Source: an uncultured Eubacteriales bacterium
GTDB taxonomy: Bacteria; Bacillota; Clostridia; Peptostreptococcales; Anaerovoracaceae
NCBI GenBank assembly: GCA_900547295.1
Contig: URGK01000002.1
Coordinates: 22,732 to 86,731 of the forward strand
DNA length: 64,000 nucleotides
Reading direction: 5' to 3'
Part shown: positions 17,654-27,921 of the stretch, one piece after another
How the letters are laid out: every line of letters starts with the position of its first letter
Position numbering within the stretch: position 1 is the first letter of the stretch
Position numbers and translations under genes: made by a program
Notes under the pieces: model-generated
Told to the model about the DNA's origin: nothing
The model's input: only the letters and a program-made list of their open reading frames with translations
Databases searched by the model: none

Positions 17654-19318
17654 TTAATTATCTGAGACCCCATATGGTTTAAGTTGTCTTAAATAATCAA
17701 TTACATCGCTTCGATAATTACTCTGACACTTCCATTCACCATCAGCGGTTATCACCATATTATATTTAGTATTGTCGTCATATGCTTTCCATTCGGAAAT
17801 CAAATCATTATTAGGGTTCCCAGTCTTAGCAAAAGAATACACCATAGATTGTGCCTGCGCAATCAGATCATCAGACATTTTATCCGGATCTCCAGTAAGT
17901 TCCGTATATCCTTCTTTCGTTCCGAATTCAAAGCATAAATCCATACAATGAAGAGCTCTGCCCCAAGGAGAAACTTCTGCAGAATCACCACTATATTCAA
18001 CCACTTCGTCTTTATCCGGAGCATATTCCCAATAATACAGATATGTATTTTTATTATTTTTTGATTGTGTTTCAGCTATCATTTGAGTAGGATAGTTGAA
18101 ATAGATTTCATTGTATAAATCCATAGCCTGTTTTACAGGATCATCACCTTTTTTAATGAAATTATCATAAAATCCATCGACTTCAACACCGTAGTATCTT
18201 CCGTATGCATCAGAACGCATTGTATCTGTATTCACCATATAGTCATATATGGATTCAGGATCAGAAATCGGATCAGATACACCGTTATCCCAATCCACAG
18301 CATGCCAGTCCTCTTCACCATTGGTTCCGCCGATAAGCAGATCTATACTCGCTGCCGATCCGTTTTCAAGATCTTCCCACCATGTTTCGGAAATTATATT
18401 TCCATCGGCACATTTCAGTCCGGGATGCGCTCTGCCCAGTTTTTCCACAATATCTGATATATTTTCTGAAATTTCCTCGTCTGTAATCTTTGAAGCCTCT
18501 TCAACTGTACTTACTCCAAGCATATCAAAGATTATCTTTGAATTCTTTTTAACAGTTTCTTTTGATACGGCTTCTCTTGACTGTGTTCCGCTGTTTATAA
18601 TCGCTCTGTTGAAATATTTATTTGTATCCGAATCTGCCATCAGCATCTCAACTGCTCCGCCACCTGCAGACTGACCCATAATTGTTACATTGTCCGGATC
18701 CCCGCCAAAAGCAGAAATGTTTTCCTGAATCCATTTAAGTGCCTGTGTCTGATCTTTTTTACTGAGATTAATTGCATCGGCATATTCATCAGTATAGCCC
18801 TCCAGTACCGACATATCAACTCCGGACATTATTGACATTCTGTAATTAATAGTTACCAGTACGCAGTCTTCTCCTTCCGGCAGATTCCTTATAAAGTATT
18901 CGCCATCATAAGAAGGATCTGTAGTTCCTCCCCAGATGCAGCTTCCTCCATGAATAAACATTATTACAGGTTTATCTTCTGTTTTAACGTCTTTTGTCCA
19001 TACATTAAGAAACAGGCAGTCCTGTGAACAAGGGTCCTGCGAAGCTGCCTCCACCTCATCATAAGGCTGAATGCAATTAGCTCCAAAGGAAGTTGCTTCA
19101 ATTTCATCCTCAGAAGTTGTGGTAACATCTGTTGCGGCTTTAAACGGTTCCATATTACCGTACCTTATGCCCAGAAATTCATCAACACCATCGTTGTCCT
19201 GTCCTATATAGGTTCCGGTCGGGGCTACAGCTTTAACAGCTGAGTCGCTGCAGCCGCAAAAACACAGTGTCATCATTAATATACCTGCAAATACAATCGG
19301 CAATAAAAACTTTTTCAT
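17654..19318 (-). CDS. Carboxylesterase type B family lipoprotein (para-nitrobenzyl esterase-like)
   Basis: Lipoprotein signal (..TLCFCGCS), oxyanion-hole FIHGGS, nucleophile elbow GQSAGG; 554 aa; AGGAGG RBS. AT-richer than neighbours. Confidence 0.85.
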   Translation of the reverse strand: MKKFLLPIVFAGILMMTLCFCGCSDSAVKAVAPTGTYIGQDNDGVDEFLGIRYGNMEPFKAATDVTTTSEDEIEATSFGANCIQPYDEVEAASQDPCSQDCLFLNVWTKDVKTEDKPVIMFIHGGSCIWGGTTDPSYDGEYFIRNLPEGEDCVLVTINYRMSIMSGVDMSVLEGYTDEYADAINLSKKDQTQALKWIQENISAFGGDPDNVTIMGQSAGGGAVEMLMADSDTNKYFNRAIINSGTQSREAVSKETVKKNSKIIFDMLGVSTVEEASKITDEEISENISDIVEKLGRAHPGLKCADGNIISETWWEDLENGSAASIDLLIGGTNGEEDWHAVDWDNGVSDPISDPESIYDYMVNTDTMRSDAYGRYYGVEVDGFYDNFIKKGDDPVKQAMDLYNEIYFNYPTQMIAETQSKNNKNTYLYYWEYAPDKDEVVEYSGDSAEVSPWGRALHCMDLCFEFGTKEGYTELTGDPDKMSDDLIAQAQSMVYSFAKTGNPNNDLISEWKAYDDNTKYNMVITADGEWKCQSNYRSDVIDYLRQLKPYGVSDN

Positions 19319-19431
19319 CTTATACCTCCTAAACTAAATCTTTGAGTATTATTGCAATAAATGACTCTCATTGCCATAGATTATATTTGATTATTAAGAA
19401 TTTTCATATAATACAATGGTACAGTTTTAAG

Positions 19432-20406
19432 TTATACCTTGATTTTTTGAATCAATTCATACCTGTTTTTTACATTTAACTTTTTATATATATGTGTCAG
19501 GTGCTGTTTTACCGTACTCTCTGATATAAACATTTTTTCTGCTATGTCCGGATTACTTGCTCCACTATAAATAAATCCTAACAGCTCCAGTTCTCTTGCG
19601 GTCAGTTTATATTCCTTGGCAAGAATCTCCCACGCAGCCTCTTTTCTGTCACTAACGCCTAAAATCTCAGGAATATAATAATCTGTCCTGAGTTCATCTT
19701 TTTTTGCAACCATATATAAAGTCAGTATACACATCACTATAGCAAAAATATGCGCAGGATCAAAACTTGCAAAAAGTATATTATTCGGAACCTCATCCAA
19801 ACACGATATTATATCCCAATTAGTAATATAAATCATATATGTAACAAGACACCCGCTAAATATAAGCACCCATTTTCCCTGTTTCTCCCCTTTCATTTTT
19901 AAGGCGCCATAAAACACAAATATTATGCTTATTATAATTACTGTCACATCAAAGATGCAATTTATATATAATAGTATGTTTGATATTTCTTTACTACTCA
20001 TTCCAAATTTATATGGACTGAATTTGGATATCAGATTCAATCCATCTACAGAAATTCCATAAATAATTGTATATATTGCAAAGCCTTTTATCTTTATTAT
20101 ATAAGGATTTCCAGATACTATTACTATGGTGGCTATCCATTCAACAATCACAACAAAATATGCCACATCAGAAAGTGTCGTCAGCGTATAAAACAACCCC
20201 CTGGTTATTTGGAGTTCTGTAAAAAATGTTACAAACATTTCAAATACGGTATATGCCAAAAATGATATCAGCAGCATTGAAACACTTTTATATAAACTCC
20301 CGGTTCTTTTAAATGAAAATCTTACATATAAGGTTGCAGCAATCGTACATATTATTATTGTACTGACATAAAACAGCATATTAACAAACATCGGAAATAA
20401 AATCAT
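19432..20406 (-). CDS. Membrane-embedded LuxR-type regulator (~8 TM helices + C-terminal LuxR HTH)
   Basis: C-terminus ELELLGFIYSGASNPDIAEKMFISESTVKQHLTHIYKKLNVKNRYELI is a LuxR/GerE HTH; N-terminal ~230 aa hydrophobic multi-span. AT-rich. Confidence 0.75.
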   Translation of the reverse strand: MILFPMFVNMLFYVSTIIICTIAATLYVRFSFKRTGSLYKSVSMLLISFLAYTVFEMFVTFFTELQITRGLFYTLTTLSDVAYFVVIVEWIATIVIVSGNPYIIKIKGFAIYTIIYGISVDGLNLISKFSPYKFGMSSKEISNILLYINCIFDVTVIIISIIFVFYGALKMKGEKQGKWVLIFSGCLVTYMIYITNWDIISCLDEVPNNILFASFDPAHIFAIVMCILTLYMVAKKDELRTDYYIPEILGVSDRKEAAWEILAKEYKLTARELELLGFIYSGASNPDIAEKMFISESTVKQHLTHIYKKLNVKNRYELIQKIKV

Positions 20407-20434
20407 TACAAATCTCTACTTTCATATTATACCG

Positions 20435-21292
20435 TTAAAAGAACTTCTGAGGGTTGTATGTTCTGCCGTTTATCCATACCTCAAAATGCAGGTGATTTGT
20501 AGAGCCTGCGTTGCCTGTGCTTCCCACAGTTCCGATTTTATCACCGGCCTTAACCTTCTGTCCTGCTCTGACGCTTCTGGAATTGAGATGACCGTACCAC
20601 GTCACAAGTCCCTTTGCGTGCTTTATAACTATGCCCTCGCCAAGACCTCCGTAGTTGCTTCTCGACCTTGTAACTGTACCTGAAGCTGCTGCGTATACCG
20701 GCGTACCCTTTGGCGCAGCATAGTCTGCTCCTATATGAAACGCACCTCCTCTGTTGCCGTAGCCCGACACGTGAGTTGATTTTTTAACGGGCTTTACAAG
20801 TGAAATTCCCCTGTAGGATTTGAGAGTCCAGCCCACAGCTTTTTTTGATTTTCTACTTTTGACGGTTTTTCCCTCTGTTTTAGCATATGCCGCCACTTTG
20901 TAGCAATACCTGCTTTTTATGCTGAGCCCGGAGTCTGTATATGAAGTTTTTTTACTTCCCTTTAGAGTTTTGATGCATATGTATTTCTTTTTGTTCTTGC
21001 TCCAGCGGTACACCTTGTAGCCGTCTGCCGCTTTGATACGTTTCCAGCTTACCTTTATTTTATCGTAATCTCTGCCTGCGGCCTTTACTCCTGACGGCGC
21101 AGCCGGTCTAACGGGCTTTGCCGGTGCCGCATTTACATTGTCCTCAGCTGCCGCCGGCTCCTCTGTTACTGTATCAGGGGCTGACGGCTCCTGCGCAGCA
21201 TCCCCCGCGCCCTCTGCTTCTGATGAAAAAACAGCGACAGGCGCAAAGCACAGTGCGAACACAAAAAAAATACTTACAAGTTTTTTTATCAT
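20435..21292 (-). CDS. Secreted M23 family metallopeptidase with Fn3-like domain
   Basis: Signal peptide; Fn3-like KVSWKRIKAADGYKVYRW...; LytM motifs HIGADY...GHLNS...HLHFEV. Confidence 0.85.
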   Translation of the reverse strand: MIKKLVSIFFVFALCFAPVAVFSSEAEGAGDAAQEPSAPDTVTEEPAAAEDNVNAAPAKPVRPAAPSGVKAAGRDYDKIKVSWKRIKAADGYKVYRWSKNKKKYICIKTLKGSKKTSYTDSGLSIKSRYCYKVAAYAKTEGKTVKSRKSKKAVGWTLKSYRGISLVKPVKKSTHVSGYGNRGGAFHIGADYAAPKGTPVYAAASGTVTRSRSNYGGLGEGIVIKHAKGLVTWYGHLNSRSVRAGQKVKAGDKIGTVGSTGNAGSTNHLHFEVWINGRTYNPQKFF

Positions 21293-21341
21293 AACTGTTA
21301 CTCCTTTTATTATTTAAAATATTTCGCAATCTATACATAAA

Positions 21342-22208
21342 TCAGTAGTTCTGCGGCCTGTGAAATCTGCCCATAAACATCTCGGTCTTAACTACATTTA
21401 TAAATGCTTTAGGGTCCTGCTCTATAACGCAACGGGTCACTATTTTGGCCTCTGTGCTTGACACCACGCAGTAAAGCATTGTTCTGTTGCTCTGCGAATA
21501 CATACCCGTTGCCGGAATTTCAGTAACGCTGTGGTGGGTTTTTTCGAGTATCACCTGATAAAGCTCATTCGGGTAATCCGTAACTATAAACAGCGTAACC
21601 TTGTTGTGAGCCTGATAGAGAAGCCTTATCATCTCTGTCGAGGTGAACTGGAATATGATTGAATAAAGCGCCTTGTCCCAGCCAAACAGTATGCCCGCTA
21701 TGGCAAGCACCGTAGCGTTTCCTATCAGAATATAGTTCCAGACATCCTTGTTTTTCTTTTCGAGAAAATACACCGCGATAAAATCCGTACCGCCGGTTGA
21801 AGTACCGCCGATAAGACAGATGCTTATTGCAACGCCGTTTACAAGGCCTCCGAACACACTTATGAGGAGGATGTCCTGTGTAATAGATATTGCAGGCACA
21901 ATATCCGTAAACAGACTCGTCACAACTATAATCAGCGCTGTATTTAGAGTAAATCTCTTGCCTATTACCTTGAAACTTATAATCGCCGGAACTGCATTGA
22001 GCGCAAGGCTTATAGGCGAAAACGGCAGCGCTATGCCAAAGAACCTGTCAAATATGGTCTGTATCAGAAGTGTGACTCCGTTAAAGCCTCCCGGATAAAG
22101 CCCTCCCGTATGCACAAAGCTCTTGATGTTCACCGCCATAATAAATGAGCCTAGCAGCCCGAAAGCCAGTATTTTAAGCTCGGATTTCAGATTAAATCTG
22201 GAACTCAT
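21342..22208 (-). CDS. YitT family membrane protein (DUF161 + DUF2179)
   Basis: 288 aa, 5-6 TM N-terminal domain plus C-terminal DUF2179-like soluble domain; typical YitT architecture. Confidence 0.8.
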   Translation of the reverse strand: MSSRFNLKSELKILAFGLLGSFIMAVNIKSFVHTGGLYPGGFNGVTLLIQTIFDRFFGIALPFSPISLALNAVPAIISFKVIGKRFTLNTALIIVVTSLFTDIVPAISITQDILLISVFGGLVNGVAISICLIGGTSTGGTDFIAVYFLEKKNKDVWNYILIGNATVLAIAGILFGWDKALYSIIFQFTSTEMIRLLYQAHNKVTLFIVTDYPNELYQVILEKTHHSVTEIPATGMYSQSNRTMLYCVVSSTEAKIVTRCVIEQDPKAFINVVKTEMFMGRFHRPQNY

Positions 22209-22293
22209 AAAAATCTCCTCCCGTCATTTCATATGAATATGTCCGTATAGTTTTAAGGCAGACATCACAACCATTGCGATGACTGCCGTTTGT

Positions 22294-23133
22294 TTAATAG
22301 AACTTTCTTGGATTGTACGCCTTGCCGTTTATTCTCACTTCAAAATGCAGATGAGCGCACATTGCGTTGCCTGTGGCTCCCACTCTGCCGATTTTATCTC
22401 CTGCCTTAACTTTATCTCCTTTTTTGACGCTGCGGCTGCTCATATGACCGTAGGTTGTGGTAATTCCCTTGCCGTGACTGATTTTAACCATAGTACCCAT
22501 GCTGTTGATAGAGCCGTGGGACTCTATTACGGTACCGTCCGCCGCCGCATATATGCTTGTGCCGTGCGAGGCTCTGTAATCATTACCGTGGTGCATTCTG
22601 CCCCATCTCCAGCCGTAGGAAGAAACTGTGCTCAGTTTAGTAAGCGGCTTAACCAGGGCTATCCCCATATATGTCTTATAGGTTTTCTTTTTTACTGTCT
22701 TTGAAAACTTCCCCTCAACCTTATTATTTCCCTGCAGCTTGTAGGCGCATACCTTGTATCTGTAGGTTTTGTTGGATTTGAGTTTTTTGTCCGTATAGTA
22801 AGTCCTGCTGCCTTTGATGGTTTTTTTGAGTATGTATTTGCCGGAGGAGCTGCTGTATCTGTACACCCTGTAGCCGTCGCAGTTCTTTACTTTTTTCCAG
22901 CTCAGCTTAATATTATTTGAAATCGTCTTAACCTGAGCTTTAACTCCCTCAGGCGCTGCCGGTGCCTTAATCTCCTCTGCCGAAGGTGTGGTATCACTTC
23001 CTGCTTCATATGTGATTTCAGCAGGGATTTCAGACCCTGCATCTGCTGATGTTTCCTGCGCAAAACAAGCTCCGCCGCTGCACAGACTTATAATCATTGC
23101 CATAACTAATATATAAATAATCTTCGTTTTCAT
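22294..23133 (-). CDS. Secreted M23 family metallopeptidase with Fn3-like domain (paralog)
   Basis: Signal peptide; KLSWKKVKNCDGYRVYRY Fn3-like; HHGNDY...GHMSS...HLHFEV. Confidence 0.85.
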   Translation of the reverse strand: MKTKIIYILVMAMIISLCSGGACFAQETSADAGSEIPAEITYEAGSDTTPSAEEIKAPAAPEGVKAQVKTISNNIKLSWKKVKNCDGYRVYRYSSSSGKYILKKTIKGSRTYYTDKKLKSNKTYRYKVCAYKLQGNNKVEGKFSKTVKKKTYKTYMGIALVKPLTKLSTVSSYGWRWGRMHHGNDYRASHGTSIYAAADGTVIESHGSINSMGTMVKISHGKGITTTYGHMSSRSVKKGDKVKAGDKIGRVGATGNAMCAHLHFEVRINGKAYNPRKFY

Positions 23134-23249
23134 TGCTTCAATTTCTCCTGCATTTTGTTCTTAAAGTTTACCACAATTTTGCCACATTTGTCAATTGCGC
23201 AGTTGTATGATATATTTAAATCATAGAAATATTGACGGAGGTATTCCAA

Positions 23250-23714
23250 ATGAAAAAAATACTTACAAGCGAATGTCTTTACGGCGGCAGAACAGTAAGA
23301 TATGATGCCGGCGACTGCACAGAAACAAATCCTGTATATCTCAAATGGAAAGAGGAAGGCCGTCTGGTTACAGTCTGTCCTGAAGTGTTCGGCGGACTGC
23401 CTACTCCAAGACCTGATTCCCAGAGAGTCGGCGACAAGGTTATAGCCTGCACAGGACCCGATGTTACTGCCGAATACACTAAAGGAGCAGAGGAAGCATT
23501 AAGACTTGCTAAAGAACATGATGTTGCTTTCTGTATTATGAAGCAGGACAGCCCTTCCTGCGGAAGCAAATTCATTTATGACGGAACCTTTACAGATACC
23601 AAGATACCCGGACAGGGACTTGCTGTTGAGTATCTGAGAAATGCCGGTTTCAAAGTATTTGCAGAAGAGGATATAGACGAGGCCGCTGCATATCTTGCAG
23701 AGCTTGAAAAATAG
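23250..23714 (+). CDS. DUF523 domain protein
   Basis: MKKILTSECLYGG...VTVCPEVFGGLPTPRPDSQ...SPSCGS is the DUF523 (YbbK-like) signature. ATG 23250 has GGAGGT 7 nt upstream; the listed TTG 23232 is less likely. Confidence 0.75.
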   Translation: MKKILTSECLYGGRTVRYDAGDCTETNPVYLKWKEEGRLVTVCPEVFGGLPTPRPDSQRVGDKVIACTGPDVTAEYTKGAEEALRLAKEHDVAFCIMKQDSPSCGSKFIYDGTFTDTKIPGQGLAVEYLRNAGFKVFAEEDIDEAAAYLAELEK

Positions 23715-23715
23715 C

Positions 23716-23752
23716 AAAAAACAAAGAGGTGGAATTCCGCCTCTTTTTGTGT
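23716..23752. terminator. Bidirectional terminator between convergent DUF523 and DAG-kinase genes
   Basis: aaagaggtggaattccgcctcttt hairpin flanked by A-run and T-run. Confidence 0.55.
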
Positions 23753-23756
23753 GCCG

Positions 23757-24698
23757 TCATATGCCGGCGGGCACTGAAAATTTAATTGCCTTAGGAACAA
23801 CCTCAAGCTCCAGAGCATGAGGCGATATTATTTCGCCGTCATTTGAAACCTTCATAGACCCTGTGTTTGATGTTATTTTCAGGCTTCTTACCCTGTGGTA
23901 GTCAAGTATTCCCTCTGCCGTAAGGTTATCAATATGGGTACCCTTTGAATAGCTGGGATAAAGGGATATGAATTTGGTTCTTGAAACCTCTTTGATAACG
24001 CTGACCTCAATCATACCGTCATCTACCAGTGACTGCGGAGAGCTCTGAACTCCTCCGCCGCAGTATCTGCCGTTGGCTGCCGCCGTCAGCAGCAGCGGTC
24101 CGTCGTGGACATATCCGTTATCAAGCTCTATCCGAAGATCCGCTCCCTTTTTTTTGATGAGAATTATTCCCACGCCCAGAAGGTAGGCCGCAGAGCCTGT
24201 AACAACCCCGCCCTTTCGGATTTCGGCCGCCTTTGCAACCACGTTGCTGTCAAAGCCTATGTTTATCATATTGTCGCAGTATCTGACAATATGCTGTCCG
24301 TCAAGCTCATATGTACATCTGATAAGGTCAACCTCTCTGATATTCCCAAGAAGCTGCGCCTTTATGTCCGCAAAGCTTTTGAGAGGTCCGAAAGCCCTTG
24401 CAAAATCATTGCCTGTGCCAAGAGGCACATTGCCTGCTACGGCATTGTCAAAGCCGTAAATTCCGTTTATTACTTCATTCAGAGTACCGTCACCGCCGCA
24501 GCCGAAAAATCTGAATACCTCATCGGGATTGTCGCTGCACATTTTTCTGGCAAAGGCTTCACCGTCGCTCATACTTCTGGTAAAGTATACCTCACAGTCA
24601 AGACCGGTTTCTGACGCCGCACGCTCTATACGGCTCAGCAGCTCCGCCTTTCTTCGTTTTCTTCCTGCATTGGGATTGATTATAAAATAGTTTTTCAT
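23757..24698 (-). CDS. Diacylglycerol kinase catalytic-domain lipid kinase (YegS/DagK family)
   Basis: NPNAGRKRRK N-terminus and GGDGTLNEV motif. Confidence 0.85.
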   Translation of the reverse strand: MKNYFIINPNAGRKRRKAELLSRIERAASETGLDCEVYFTRSMSDGEAFARKMCSDNPDEVFRFFGCGGDGTLNEVINGIYGFDNAVAGNVPLGTGNDFARAFGPLKSFADIKAQLLGNIREVDLIRCTYELDGQHIVRYCDNMINIGFDSNVVAKAAEIRKGGVVTGSAAYLLGVGIILIKKKGADLRIELDNGYVHDGPLLLTAAANGRYCGGGVQSSPQSLVDDGMIEVSVIKEVSRTKFISLYPSYSKGTHIDNLTAEGILDYHRVRSLKITSNTGSMKVSNDGEIISPHALELEVVPKAIKFSVPAGI

Positions 24699-24841
24699 CG
24701 AATACCTCGTATATTACTGTATATGCAATATACATTATATCACCTGTTCAAACAATTCACACTATTATTTTTTTACCGTTCTTTTATTTTTGATATTTTG
24801 AGTGTATACTATAGATATATCTAAGCAACAGGAGGTTTTTA

Positions 24842-25951
24842 ATGGATTTAAGAGTAAAACAGCTTGCAGATGTACTTGTCAACTACTCCTGCAACGTACA
24901 GAAAAACGAAAAGGTTTTAATAAATTACGAGGGTGAGTGCTGCAAACCGCTGGTGAAGCAGCTTATCAAAAACATTTATGCCCGCGGCGGCATGCCTTAT
25001 GTGGAAATGAGGGATTCCTCCGTAACAAGAGAAATTCTGCTGGGAGCCACAGAGGAGCAGATGAATTTTCTTAATGAATATCAGCTTATGCAGATGAAAG
25101 GTATGGACTGCTACATCGCAATAAGAGCGGGAAGCAACACGTCGGAGCTTTCAGATGTACCGTCAGACAAGCTCAATATGTACTACCGAAAAACACAGCC
25201 GGTACTCGATTACAGAGTAAACGAAACAAAATGGGTTGTTTTGAGATACCCTAACGAGTCTATGGCTCAGCTTGCAGGCACCAGCCTTGAAAGCTTTGAG
25301 GATTTCTATTTTGAGGTATGCACTCTTGATTACGCCAAGATGAGCAAGGCTATGGACAGTCTGGTTGAGCTTATGAACAGAACCGACAGGGTTCACATCA
25401 AGGGACCGGGAACTGACCTTACTTTCTCAATCAAGGACATTCCTGCAATCAAATGCGCAGGCGAGATGAACATTCCTGACGGCGAGGTATACACTGCACC
25501 TGTAAGAGAGTCAATGAACGGAGTTATATCCTATAATACACCGTCAGAGGAACAGGGCTTCACCTATGAAAATATCCGTTTTGAAATTAAAGACGGCAAA
25601 ATCATCAAAGCTGCGGCCAATGACAACGAGCGTATAAACCAGCTTCTTGATACCGATGAGGGCGCAAGATATTTCGGAGAGTTTGCAATAGGCGTGAACC
25701 CATATATCCTAAACCCTATGAAAGATACGCTGTTTGATGAAAAAATCGCAGGCAGCTTCCATCTGACTCCGGGAATGGCATATGAGGATGCGCCAAACGG
25801 CAATGACTCCGCAGTTCACTGGGATCTTGTCATGATACAGCGCCCTGAATACGGCGGAGGTGAGATATATTTTGACGATGTGCTTATCAGAAAAGACGGG
25901 CTGTTTACACTGCCGGAGCTTATGTGCCTCAACCCTGAAAATTTAAAATAG
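24842..25951 (+). CDS. Aminopeptidase, M29 (AmpS/PepS) family
   Basis: 369 aa; MDLRVKQLADVLVNYS..., conserved AGSFHLTPGMAYED...HWDLV region of thermophilic-metalloprotease M29 family; AGGAGG RBS. Confidence 0.85.
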   Translation: MDLRVKQLADVLVNYSCNVQKNEKVLINYEGECCKPLVKQLIKNIYARGGMPYVEMRDSSVTREILLGATEEQMNFLNEYQLMQMKGMDCYIAIRAGSNTSELSDVPSDKLNMYYRKTQPVLDYRVNETKWVVLRYPNESMAQLAGTSLESFEDFYFEVCTLDYAKMSKAMDSLVELMNRTDRVHIKGPGTDLTFSIKDIPAIKCAGEMNIPDGEVYTAPVRESMNGVISYNTPSEEQGFTYENIRFEIKDGKIIKAAANDNERINQLLDTDEGARYFGEFAIGVNPYILNPMKDTLFDEKIAGSFHLTPGMAYEDAPNGNDSAVHWDLVMIQRPEYGGGEIYFDDVLIRKDGLFTLPELMCLNPENLK

Positions 25952-25965
25952 CGGATTAACTGCAA

Positions 25966-25993
25966 AAGCCTGCTTTCACAGCGGGCTTTTTTA
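25966..25993 (+). terminator. Rho-independent terminator after aminopeptidase
   Basis: GCCUGCUUUCACAGCGGGC + UUUUUU. Confidence 0.7.
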
Positions 25994-26143
25994 ATTTAAA
26001 CAGTTCATAAAACAAATAATATATCTATTGACAATCTGATAATAATCATACATAATTAATTATAAATCGAACACCGATGTTCATGTCAACTGTTTTTTGA
26101 AATTTTTTTAATTTTTTTCGAATTAAATTTACAGAGGGGATAT

Positions 26144-26923
26144 ATGGATACTAAAAATCTCTTTAAAATGGGGGAAGTCACAAAAGCACTGGGCCTTACA
26201 AGAAGAATTCTTATAAATTATGAGGAACTGGGACTTGTAACGCCTGCCTTTAAAAATGAAAATCAGGGTTTTCGCTACTATTCTGCCGACAATATGGTGC
26301 ATATCAGACTTATACGCACTTTGCAGAAGCTGGGACTGTCCCTTTCTGAAATACGGGAGTATTTTAATGACACCACACATCTTGAGGATCAGATTGACAG
26401 ACTGGTGCTGCTCAGAAATCAGCTCGACCAGTGCATTGCGCAGCTGCATCTGCGTCAGTTTGAGGAAAGCAGTCAGGAAATCTATCAGGTTACACTGCCT
26501 GAATTCAATGCATTCTGCCGCGATTTTAAAACCGCTGATCTTGCGGAAAAAACAGCGCAGCTTCGCCAGACATATATAGATGCGCTCAAGCATTTCCCTG
26601 CAGATAACGAAAACAGAATGTGTATCCAGATTCCGGCAGGCTCGGATTCAGAGGGCACATATATTATACCTGTGCTGGCAGATGCCGGTTTAAAGGACAT
26701 AAGGCATTTCCCGCAGGCAGCCGCAATATGTATATATTACAGAGGACCGTATGAGAATTTTCCCAATGTTCACGAAAGGCTTATGCAGTATGCTTTAGAC
26801 AACAATATGACGCCTCACGGATACTTCCGCAATATATATATGGAGGGTCCGCCTACCCACGGTACAAACAAAGAGGCATATGTCACACAGATTGCCCTGC
26901 CTATCAAATTCATTGAAACCTGA
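26144..26923 (+). CDS. MerR family transcriptional regulator with C-terminal GyrI-like effector domain
   Basis: MGEVTKALGLTRRILINYEELGLVTP MerR HTH; C-terminal ~150 aa GyrI-like/BmrR-type ligand-binding fold. Confidence 0.85.
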   Translation: MDTKNLFKMGEVTKALGLTRRILINYEELGLVTPAFKNENQGFRYYSADNMVHIRLIRTLQKLGLSLSEIREYFNDTTHLEDQIDRLVLLRNQLDQCIAQLHLRQFEESSQEIYQVTLPEFNAFCRDFKTADLAEKTAQLRQTYIDALKHFPADNENRMCIQIPAGSDSEGTYIIPVLADAGLKDIRHFPQAAAICIYYRGPYENFPNVHERLMQYALDNNMTPHGYFRNIYMEGPPTHGTNKEAYVTQIALPIKFIET

Positions 26924-26928
26924 AACTA

Positions 26929-26975
26929 AAGGTCTGTATACGCAGCATAGACTGCGCACACAGACCTTGTTTTTA
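26929..26975. terminator. Bidirectional terminator between MerR gene and convergent secreted-protein operon
   Basis: aaggtctgtatacgcagcatagactgcgcacacagacctt hairpin + T5. Confidence 0.65.
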
Positions 26976-27905
26976 TTGTATATAGAACTGGTTGTCGCTG
27001 AATTTATAGATATAGTTACCTCTTGCAAGTTTCTTGTTCTCATAGTAGCTGTGATAAAATCCCAGATAGTATGTATCTCCCGCAAAGAACCCGTTCTCAA
27101 GCTCATACCCGCAATTGACCTTAATGCGGCATTTCAGCTTGCCGCTTTTGTCATACAGGCTCAGATAGCTTGGCAGGCTTCTTACAGAGGTGCTCTCCTG
27201 AGATACGATATCTCCGTTTAGCATATTAAGCCCCGCATATATCGTATAACTTTTTTTAGCCGAAGTCTTTATAAGCTCAAGAGGTCTGAATTCCCTGTCA
27301 AGCATTATCATACCTTTGATACCTCTGACCCTTACATAATAGCAGTTGTTCTCGCTGTCATAGGTAATGGCGTTATACCCGGAGGTTTCTGTCTGCACAT
27401 CCTCCGAAAGTCCGTGCAGAAATACCGGAAGTTCTATTTTGATATTCCTTTTGACCTTGAGTGTATCGGGATTGATTACGGCTATGGTATCCGGTACGCC
27501 GGTAAGGTGTATTGCTATTATCTCTCCAGTACGGTCATTATATGTAAGATCGTTTCCGTGATGAATTTTCAGCGCTGATGATACCTTAACCAATTTAAAA
27601 TCCTTTAGCCTCACCTTTGCTATTTTGCATTTTTCTACAGCGCGGTTGTAAAGAATATAGTATGCGTTTTCTCCATCGCTGCAGGCTCCCTGAAATGTAT
27701 CATACCCAAAGAGTTTTTCTCCTGCGGCAGCTCTCAGGTTGTATGTACCCGCAGAACCAAACCTTATAATCTTCCCTGTCATTTCGTTATAGGTTTCGTT
27801 TTCTATGCCCGCCGTAATGTTTTTTTGAATGGTCACAGCATCCGCTGTATACGGTATCCCCGATATTATAACTAATGCAAGCAGTATAACACAAAATCTT
27901 CTCAT
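26973..27905 (-). CDS. Secreted hypothetical protein (310 aa)
   Basis: Signal peptide MRRFCVILLALVIISGIPYTADA; no recognisable motif; last gene of a three-gene secreted operon. Confidence 0.6.
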   Translation of the reverse strand: MRRFCVILLALVIISGIPYTADAVTIQKNITAGIENETYNEMTGKIIRFGSAGTYNLRAAAGEKLFGYDTFQGACSDGENAYYILYNRAVEKCKIAKVRLKDFKLVKVSSALKIHHGNDLTYNDRTGEIIAIHLTGVPDTIAVINPDTLKVKRNIKIELPVFLHGLSEDVQTETSGYNAITYDSENNCYYVRVRGIKGMIMLDREFRPLELIKTSAKKSYTIYAGLNMLNGDIVSQESTSVRSLPSYLSLYDKSGKLKCRIKVNCGYELENGFFAGDTYYLGFYHSYYENKKLARGNYIYKFSDNQFYIQ

Positions 27906-27921
27906 ATCCCTTTGCTCCCTC

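Noticed and set aside
23232-23249. TTG start for DUF523 gene and GTG start (60261) for dinB as listed
   Set aside because: In-frame ATGs with canonical RBSs lie just downstream (23250; 60284).
24105-24614. Plus-strand 169-aa ORF within the DAG kinase gene
   Set aside because: Antisense to a motif-bearing DagK gene (GGDGTLNEV).
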